Assembly (NCBI RefSeq): GCF_009914755.1
Contig: NC_060937.1
Reading direction: 5' to 3' (one strand)
Length of the DNA stretch: 64,000 nt
Source of the DNA: the human T2T-CHM13v2.0 reference genome, Homo sapiens
Numbering within the stretch: the first letter of the stretch is position 1; each line of letters opens with the position of its first letter. Shown here piece by piece: positions 55,079-64,000 of the stretch. Below the pieces are notes generated by a model. It did not search any database, was not told where the DNA came from, and saw only the letters and a list, made by a program, of their open reading frames with translations. A program made the translations under genes and the position numbers.

Positions 55079-55399
55079 TGCATGTGAATTTCCAGGGTTT
55101 TACTGATCCCACAAAAGCAAAACTTGATTGAATTAGAAGGCTGAGGTTCCATGCGTTTGTGTTTGAGATAATGTGAAAGATAACACAGTATTTTTATTTA
55201 AGGGCTTCACCTGAGGCTCAGAGTTGACCTGAAGCCCCAATCCGTAGGGGCAGAGATAATTTTAAACAGACTTACCTTTTATCGAAGGATGAACATTGAA
55301 AGATGTATAGACAAATTTATAAAAACCAAAACAATTATATTTGTTGTGCTAAAACTTCTTAAACTCTCAGATAGAAACAAGTTTTATAAGCTTCTTGGT

Positions 55400-55612
55400 T
55401 GGTGGTTCTCAGCTGGGAGCATTTTGACACTAGGGAACATTGGGCAACGTCTGGAGACATTTTTGATGGACACAATTGAGTATGGTGCTCTTGGCATCTA
55501 GTGGGTGGCCAAGGAGGGCAGGGATACTACTCAACATCTTACAATGCACAGAACAGCCCCCATGACAAAGAATTATCCAACCCAATAGGTCAGTAATGTT
55601 GATGCACAAAGA
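55400..55612 (+). mobile_element. MER20 (hAT-Charlie)
   Basis: 'gtggttctcagctggg...ggcaacgtctggagacattttt...tggcatctagtgggt...aacatcttacaatgcacagaacagccccc...aaagaattatccaaccc'. Confidence 0.92.
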
Positions 55613-56049
55613 ACAGTTTCTTACAAAGGAAATGAGATAACTATAAGAAGTGGTATAGCATCTATAATTTGACAGCAAAGGACTGCAAAGGAAGAACTTT
55701 ATTTCCAGCCAAAAGTGTGTCATCCTAGTACCTAATTTGAGGAAAGTACTAAGAAAATAACATTAATACATGACAAATTGACCAGAACAGAGATCAAGAT
55801 CTCTTAATCCATCTACAATATAGAGTTAAAACATAAAAGCTAAGGATAGACATAATATAAACACAAAAGCTCTTGAAAGTGAGTGTTCATTCTTTCCTAG
55901 AAATATTGATAATATCTGAAATTTTTAATCAAAGTCTAGGAGTAGGAGGAAGTAGTGAATGAGAAAGTGAGGATACAGACATTTCTGAGATCTCATGAAG
56001 AGTGGAGGCGGGGGTAGGAGAAAGAGAAAGTAAGAGGATTCTGCAGGTC

Positions 56050-56400
56050 TTATTGTATGGGTAGGGGCAGTGGTGAAGTAGATAATTTAGAAGGCCATTG
56101 TGAATAATTAGAGGTTATCTTGTTCAAATTAATTCAATATATGCTAATAGTAACCATTACTGGAATAAAAAAGTATAGTAGAGTTACAAATGAATGAGGG
56201 AAAATGAAGTGGACAATATTCGTATCCAACTAGCAGAAGTAAAGGGAAAAGTATGCAACAAGAAAAGGAAAGAAAAATGCAGAATAGCAGGCATACAATT
56301 TTATGTATATCAGTGATTCCGTGATTAATCTAAATGTGAATGGAGTGATTTATCTTTTTAAAATATAGAAACTTTCTAATTACATAAAAAGGTAAACAAA
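56050..56400 (+). mobile_element. Ancient L1M inter-ORF/ORF2 start remnant
   Basis: 'tatatcagtgatt...taaatgtgaatggagt...taaaatatagaaactttctaattacataaaaa' resembles the ORF2 'LNVNG..' start. Confidence 0.5.
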
Positions 56401-56408
56401 TGCTAACG

Positions 56409-56793
56409 TGTGGCAAAGATGGCTTGATATTCAACAAATCGATTGCCTTTTCTTCTCTGGCTCACAGCTAGACTGTGTCCAGAGCCTCTTTGAAGCTGAG
56501 TGTGTCCCTGGGACTGAGTCATACCTAATGGAGTATGTAAGCAAGTGTGGCCAGCTGATTTCCTGGCCTTGACCATAGAAATTCCTCCTATGTGATTCTC
56601 TTCCCATGAGAGCTGGCCAGAGTGCTGAGTGATGGTATTACAAGAAAGTTGGACAGAGGCTGGAGTTGTCCCTAAAGGACTACATGGCTGCCTATCCAAC
56701 GTGTGCACTGAACTGGTGTGGTAAAATGTTATTGCTGAAATCACTGAGATTTTGGTATTTCTGTTGCAGCAGTTAACCTCTTTGATGACTACA
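56409..56793 (+). mobile_element. MLT1H/J-like LTR
   Basis: 'tgtggca...cacagctagact...gggactgagt...aatggagtatgtaagcaagtg...ttcctggccttgaccat...cactgagattttgg...tgttgcagcag'. Confidence 0.75.
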
Positions 56794-56864
56794 ACTATGC
56801 ATGTGATTGCCTTTCTGTTAAATGTGGTCAGCATCCTCCTGGGCATGGCAGCCTGTCCTATTGA

Positions 56865-57455
56865 CAATGATTTAAAATAATTAAGATACCCTAGTTGGTG
56901 AGGATGATGGAAGAGAGACACTTTAGTCAATCAGCGTTGTAAGTTTAAATTTTACTTAACTTTCTGGAAGGCATTGGTATCCAAAAATCAACAGACCAAA
57001 TAATGTTCATTCCCTGTGAACCAGCAATTTCACTTCTAGGAATTTGTCCTAAGAAACATCTGGAGATTTTTAAAATGATGGATAAATAAAAGAGTTTTTT
57101 AAAAGAGAGATAAATAAAATTTCATCATTGTAAATATAGAAATACTAACACTGTAAAAATACAGTAGGATATTGGTTAAATTGTAATGTTTTTAAGATAT
57201 ACTAATAAAGAGTTGTTAAAATCACATTGAGTCTGAATATCCCTAAATATCCCAAATGGAAAATTTTCCAGTTATATGGTTGTCTGAAAAATTACAAGAT
57301 ATAAAAGTTATATGTATAGTATATTATCTTATTGGAAATAGATGTACCAAGATACTAATGGTTTTTATTCCGTGTTTGTGTAAGCCATGTTTTGATTTCT
57401 AAGTTTTCAAAGATGAGCAGTTATTACTTTTGTGATTTAAAAAACTAACAAAAAT
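56865..57455 (+). mobile_element. L1ME-like 3' region
   Basis: 'gttggtgaggat...aactttctggaaggca...gttcattccctgtgaaccagcaatttcacttctaggaatttgtcctaag...gatattggttaaa...ttattacttttgtgatt'. Confidence 0.7.
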
Positions 57456-60139
57456 ATGTAAAAATTATCTTTTTCTTTCATGTATCACCCAATTTATATC
57501 ATTCAGAAAATACAAAAGCTTTAAGGAACTATGTGTTCAGGCTTTCTTCATGTTGTGCAAGGAATTCAGTTTTAGCCTAGATCATAATAAACAAGTTGTA
57601 CTGCAGGTATTGCATCTTTACATAGTTGGGTTTATTTTCCATGAGGACTGGGTTTTAAAATCAACACTTTAAGGAAAACATGCATATTATAAAATTACCC
57701 TCAAAAATCCCTTAGGAAAGTGCTGTCTAGAAAAAGTTTTTACCACTTTTTTCTCCAAAATTATATCAAGTCCTCATTCTTCAGCTGAGTAATTGATTCA
57801 CCTGTGTTTAGGGACAATTGGGTAGCAAGCTGAGCATAATTTAAGAGGCAAATAGCAAGGATCAACTGGGACAGCAACAGATTCAATCCCCTGTTTCACT
57901 CTCATTCAACACAAGCACTTACTGAGCAGAATGGAGGGAAGAGTCACCAGAATCATTTCTATTCATTCTTTCTCTCTAATCAAGCACATAGGGCAGAATC
58001 ATCAAATGTCACACCCATATTTGCTTTGACTCCATTGTGCTATTTTCACAGTCTAAGCTCCATTAAGGTGAGACCTGCATTGATTTGACAATATTTTTGG
58101 CACTGTTTTAGTTTGTTAAAAATGTGCTGAGCTGGCCTCTGTTAGTTGAGAGCATGCATTTTTAAAGAGACATTATAACCTTTTTTTTTTCAGGACAAGA
58201 AGTGAACTTTTGGAATTCAAGACTGCAAGAAAGTAGCATCATTCTTGCAAAAACATTTGATACTATGGACATTTATTATACTCCAAAACTTTTTATCCTA
58301 ATCCCCCAACTCATTTTTATCTTATTTAATATAGCCTGTGATTGAGGTGACTAAAATTAAGAGGAATTGCATGTGAATGAATACTCATCAAAATATTTTA
58401 GGGTCAACCACACATACATTCAAGCTCATGTGTGTAGGCTACTTTTTAAAATTTTATTTTAAATGGAGAATGCATTGCAAAGTGTTTAATGAGGTGCCAG
58501 AACTAGGGACTTATACAACCTTCTGTAATTTCACACCCATATTGCATGCATTTTGTGTGGAGAAAATTAAAGTTTCCAGCTGCTGTTGCATAAGATGAAG
58601 AAGTCCCCAATACACTTATAAATGATATTTCCCTTCACATGGAAGAGATTAGGGCCACATCTGCTGCAATTTAGCTGAGGGACATGGGGTAGATGGTGTC
58701 AAGAATCATGCTGCACTGGAGTCTAGTAAGAGAACAGGAGGCCACCACCCACGGAGGAACTGGGTTTACAAGGTTCTTATGGGACACCATTTAGTTAGGC
58801 TGGCTGAGTTCATTCAATAAGATGAAACACTACACACTTGCTCTGTGTAAACTCATTCATAATGTTTGCCTACACATGCCTCTAGAATCTACTTTAGATG
58901 TATTTTTAATACTTATAAGTTTGATTAAATCCATCTGTTGCAGTGTGTGGTAGTTATCAAAGTTTTCAGAGATACAGACACATTGCCATGGGTCATTATA
59001 GTCACAGTTGCATGGAGAACAGCCTGGGTTAAAGGACAGTAACATTTAGAATGGGTACAGGTGAATTACCAAGAGCTTCCAGAAGAGGGAATGAGGTGCT
59101 GTTCCCAAGTTCAATTAATAATACAGTAAAACTGTCATACTAGTTAGAAAAAGAGAACATTTTAAAGATTGAACATATTTGATAGCAACACAGCTATTTT
59201 CTTCAAGGAATATTAATCTAAACACAACAGCAATGGCATGAACATAATTATTATAAGCTGTTTTGTTATCCTACGTAATAGTTTTACATTTGCTTTTATG
59301 GAATAACCTTCTGAAACGTTTCTCAAATAGCCGTTGTTCTAATTCTTATTTTAGCTTCCCTGTTATTAGCCCTTGGCACTGTGATTTCCTCTATAATCTG
59401 GGGTTTTATTTTTCAAAACCTTTGCATCTCCTTGAAATCGGTTTAGAGTATAGAATTTTTTAGGCAGCATAAACCTGAATGTATTGAGATTTCCAATAGT
59501 GAGAAAGCTGGAGTCATCCCAGGTTTTATATTTTTGCCAAGATCTTTTTCCCTCCTTTAATTGTCATATATGTGGTTATAACTTTAGATGTTGCATCGCT
59601 CTTTTAGTTAACTAGTCTGCCATTTAGTGAGTCAAAGCTTTAGTGTCTTGTTTTCCTAGAATAGCAAATGGACCTCCCTGGAGTGGCTGGAGCATTCAAA
59701 GTCTCTGTCTTGTGAGTAATGATGATAGTTATCAGCAGCGATAAGTTTACTTTAGGGATGCTAACTTTTTTCATTTAGTCTCTATTTTCTACCCTGGAAT
59801 TGCTTCTGATTATAAGTTTATAAGCAACTTATAAGCAACAATTGTGATGAGTTTTTCTGACTTTTTCTTAAAAAACCTCTAGGGTAATATTTTGGCTCAA
59901 AACTCTCCTACCTTAATTAGTTTGCTGAAACATTAATCTATGTATTTCTTTGCTAGAGGACTCAACTTCTATAATTGTTTATAGGCCTCCAAGCCATCTG
60001 TAGAATTGAGAGTTAATATACAGTATGGGCACTAGATTAATTTAAAGAATATGGTCTGTAATGAGAAAGCATCCAGTAAAATGGGAATTGTACTTTATGA
60101 TTCAGGAAAGTAGCACACGGCTGTGCATTGCATTTACTA

Positions 60140-60490
60140 CATTTAAGCAGTTGCTAGGACCAGTCATTTTATTCTTATTGTCCTCCAAATCTGTCCACTT
60201 CATCTCCTTTCTGTTACTACTGTTCCGTACCATTTCCAGGTATTACCGATCTGGACTATGTATGGTCTCTTACTTGGGATTTATAACTACTTTTCCTTCC
60301 GTGAAAAGTTATGAACAAGCCAATGAAAAGTATTTTTCTAGGACATTTCTTTAATGTCACACTACAGATGATAACATGTTACATGCCACTCAATCTAGCC
60401 TAATCCTCACTCTTCCATACGCATCCTGGCAACAAGATGACACCTTGTTCTGCACCAGTCCCTTGCGTGATTCCTGCTTCCTCCTATTGC
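60140..60490 (+). mobile_element. L2 fragment
   Basis: 'ccaaatctgtccacttcatctcc...ctggactatgtatggtctcttact'. Confidence 0.5.
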
Positions 60491-60763
60491 ACATGAAGGG
60501 CTTCCTGAACATGTATGTAGACAGCACACCCACCCATGAATGGCTTCCTATCCACCTGTGTAGACATCACACCATGAATGGCTTCCTATCCACCTGTGTA
60601 GACATCACACCATGAATGGCTTCCTATCCACCTGTGTAGACATCACACCATGAATGGCTTCCTATCCACCTGTGTAGACATCATACTATGAATGGCTTCC
60701 TATCTGCCTGTGTAGACATCAGACCATGAATGGCTTCCTGCACACCTGTATAGGCATCACACC
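60491..60763. repeat. 38-bp minisatellite (VNTR candidate), ~7 copies
   Basis: Unit ccatgaatggcttcctatccacctgtgtagacatcaca; ATG anchors at 60536, 60574, 60612, 60650, 60688 and 60726, plus a degenerate copy at 60493. Confidence 0.95.
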
Positions 60764-61109
60764 CACTGAACAGCAGTAACAGTAGTAGTTCAATCTCATT
60801 TCTTTACCTTCTCCCCTGCACTGCAAATAGCAGTTACTAGGCTGCCCTTTGTCCTGGAGGTATGCACACCAGAGGCATGATTTCACCTTCTGGAATGGAA
60901 GGTGACCTGGGGGAAATCCTGAGAGCAGGCTCTGGGTCTCTTGTTATTTGGGCAGGGATTATCTGGATTCCATACACCATGGGCAGCGAAGAAAGAAGGG
61001 GTGGACAAGAGTGGAGCCCTCTGCATTACAAGAACCCTGGCCAGAACCAAGGTTGCTGGCCTCTAAGGCTGATGCTGATGCTGCTACGACCTGGAAGCAT
61101 ATATGCAGG

Positions 61110-63450
61110 GACCATGTGACATTTGAATTAAGACCAAAGAAAATAAGATTAGTCATATATAGGAGAGGTGGGGTTGCAAGCAGGAAAGAGAAAGATTTCC
61201 AAGTTGAAGGATTATGTGAGAAGTCCTTGAAATAGACAGAACTGGGTGGCTCAAGGATCAGAAAGAAAGGCAGCGTGGCTCATTTTGTTGGAAAGGTAGG
61301 GAGGAGCCAGATTTGAATTTTGATGTTGTCTGAAGTGCAGTAGAATCAATGGAAGGTTTAAGGCAGGGAATGGCATTATTAAAATCGTCTTTTTATAAGC
61401 TCTTCTTTTTTGGTGACTAGAGAATGTAGGCTGAACTAGGTTGTATGATAGAGATGGAGAGAAGTTGCAGGTTAGAGAGATATATAGGCTATAGACTTGA
61501 TAAAAGTTGGTAACAAACTGAAGCAGAAGGGACAAGCAAAATTTCCTCAAAGTTTCTGGAATGTCAAACTGGGTTGACGGGGGATATTGAAGGGGAATCA
61601 GCATTCGGAAGAATATTAGAATTTCTGTTTTGTGAAGGATAAATTTGGTATGATTCGAGACCCAATAGAAATGTCACATAGGCAGCAGAGTAAACCGACA
61701 TGGAGCTCTGCAGTTTGGGCTGGTCTGAATGCACAAAACGGTGTTTAAAGGAATACAGGAGATTTCCCAAAAGGTGGTCTACCAAGAAAAGACACTGGAG
61801 TTCAGGAACAATTCTAAGAAACGGTAACTTTCTAAGATCGAGAGGGGGAAAAAGAGCTGGCCAAAAAAACCCCAAGGAGCTATTTGAGAGATGGGAGGAA
61901 TGCCAAGATCATACATCATGGGAGACAAAAGAAGAGAATGTTTCTCCAAATAGGAAGTGGGAAGCTCTTTATAATGCTGATGACAAGTAAAATGAGGAAG
62001 AAAAGTTGTTCATTAGATATAGCAACAGAGATATCACTGTTGACTTTAGATTTTGTTGAATGGTAGCACTAGAGAACTTATTCCAGTAAGTGGCTACGTG
62101 AATGAGAAATCAAGCATAGGTAGCATTTATAAAACAGACTTCAGAAACTTGGTTATGAAAGAAGGAAACAGAAGTTATGTCCAAACAGACATTTTTTTAT
62201 TGTGGTTTTACGGAAAAAACCGGTACATATTTTCATGCTGATGAGAATAATTTAATCCTATTTGTAGGGGGAAGTTGAAAATACATGAGAAAACCTCCAT
62301 AGTTGATACCATAGGATTTCTGAAAGGAGCCCTATGGAGAGAGTGGGCTTTAATAGGAAGAACACTTTCTCCCCTGGAGGAAAAAGCTGCATGTAAACCC
62401 TGGTAGTTTGTAGGTGTGGCAATGGACAGGTAAGAGTATCCTTAGCTTATGCTTGCAGTTTTCATACAAGATCACTTCCTGAAGAAGGGCTGGGTGAGAA
62501 GGTTGGAGGGTTGCTGAGATTGCAGTGGTATTGATTTCAGTCTGTGGAGAGGGGAGGGAGAACTGACCATCCAGAGTGAAATGCAGTTCTGAATGATGAA
62601 CCTAAATTGACTGTGACACCAATCTTCTCAGTTGTATAATTTCCCATAAGGAGAACTGGGAGCTTGATAAGAGGATACAAAGAAAACACAAGAAACCAAA
62701 GAGTTTGGGATATTTACAAATGCATGATTTAAATGATGGGCTAACTGGGTGATAAAGAAGGAATGACAATATTTTCTTGCAAAGAAAGAAAGCAGAAGGG
62801 TTAAGAATGAAGTTCTCATTATGAGACTGAAGCTCAGTTCTGTGGAGGTCGTTGTATGTAGGATGGAATGATGGGAAGCTGTGGCTGAAAAGTGGAATAT
62901 TTTGATTTATGATTTAGACCAGAAGCAGTCCAGGGTGGGACGGTAGGGGAGGGTGGTTGTGATAGAATAAAGAGAAGATAGTTTTAGTCTAGGAAGTCAT
63001 TAAATCTGAAAGTAAGATTGTCAGGGCAACTTCATATGGATGCTGAGGCAGCCTGGAATTATAACCGGAGATGCAGAGGAAGCCTCCAGCCACGCGGAGG
63101 CCTCTTCATCAACTGAGGAATGTCTCGGAGGGCTGGAGATGACAGCGATGGGGAGGTTGAGAGGGGGCAGTGCAGGGTGGTCCTACGGTCAAAGAAACCA
63201 AACACTTTACAGAGAGAGCAATGGGATAAAAAGCACAGAAAATTCCAAAGCGAGAATTATGTTCCTACTTTCTGACCTTAGAAAAAAGAACAAAGGTGCT
63301 GAAGGGAAATGTTATCTTCAGAGATCCATAGGTTTTCTGTAAGACAAGGGAAATGGAGGGACTGTTGTGCAAAAGGGTTGAAGATGTTGAAGATGTAGCC
63401 AAATGGCTGTTGACTAAGAAGAAGGTCCAGAGGGCATGGAGTCAGGTTAG
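61110..63450 (-). mobile_element. Long degenerate L2 remnant
   Basis: Purine-rich; 'gtgacatttgaatt', 'ggaaggtttaaggcagggaatggcat', 'gaatttctgttttg...aaatttggtatg', 'aatgctgatgacaagt..aatgagga...ttcattagatatagcaaca' match antisense L2. The right boundary is uncertain. Confidence 0.65.
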
Positions 63451-63785
63451 TGAGAGAGGGGAGAATGTAGGTTTGTTAAGGAAACACAGGGACGACAGTA
63501 AGGGATAGGCTACATGAGGTCTTTTCTCTCGGAAGGCCCTGGTATCCAGCCTAACACTTGCTCTCTGGCCTGGGAGGGGTTTCTGTCCTAGGGGTCCATG
63601 GCCTTTTCTGTGGGTCCAATGATGCTGACAGCTGCCATAGGTGCTGCCACAGTGATGGGGTCCAGTCCTGTGTTGGAGGGGTGTTGGCTGGGAGAGAGGC
63701 TTACTGATTGATGCTGTGTTTTTCTCACTTTTCATCCACCAGTCCACCTGTGTCCATGAGGCTCATGATCTTGACAGCCTTGTAG

Positions 63786-64000
<215 letters not shown>

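Noticed and set aside
55265-55350. Minus-strand strong donor AAG|GTAAGT at ~55276
   Set aside because: No convincing acceptor to define an exon; isolated donors are common.
56403-56930. 175-aa minus-strand ORF
   Set aside because: Lies across an MLT1 LTR with no protein-like features.
60491-60763. Regular 38-bp repeats resembling a CRISPR array
   Set aside because: Head-to-tail units with no unique spacers, no cas genes and a human context; it is a minisatellite.

Overview
This window is human (or very closely related hominin) non-coding genomic DNA, not microbial sequence. An essentially consensus AluYa5 with all five diagnostic bases indicates Homo. Roughly half of it is recognisable interspersed repeat: L1 (one near-full-length old L1MA-type copy, a nested L1 pair, a 5'-truncated L1PA), Alu, MIR, L2, MaLR/ERVL LTRs (including one complete THE1 element with both LTRs and a TSD) and hAT DNA transposons. 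I could not support any host protein-coding gene, tRNA, rRNA or CRISPR array; the only long ORF is a dead L1 ORF2 fragment. The LTRs are strongly biased to the minus strand, which suggests an intron of a plus-strand transcript. The most notable observations are: a recursive-splice-site-like motif (Y-tract-AG|GTAAGT) in a CpG-elevated unique island at 20.8 kb; a set of locally templated inverted and direct duplications inside and beside the old L1; a young AluYa5; a 38-bp VNTR; and several enhancer-like motif clusters. I did not find a convincingly new biological system. Subfamily names come from remembered consensus features, and most boundaries without a TSD are approximate.
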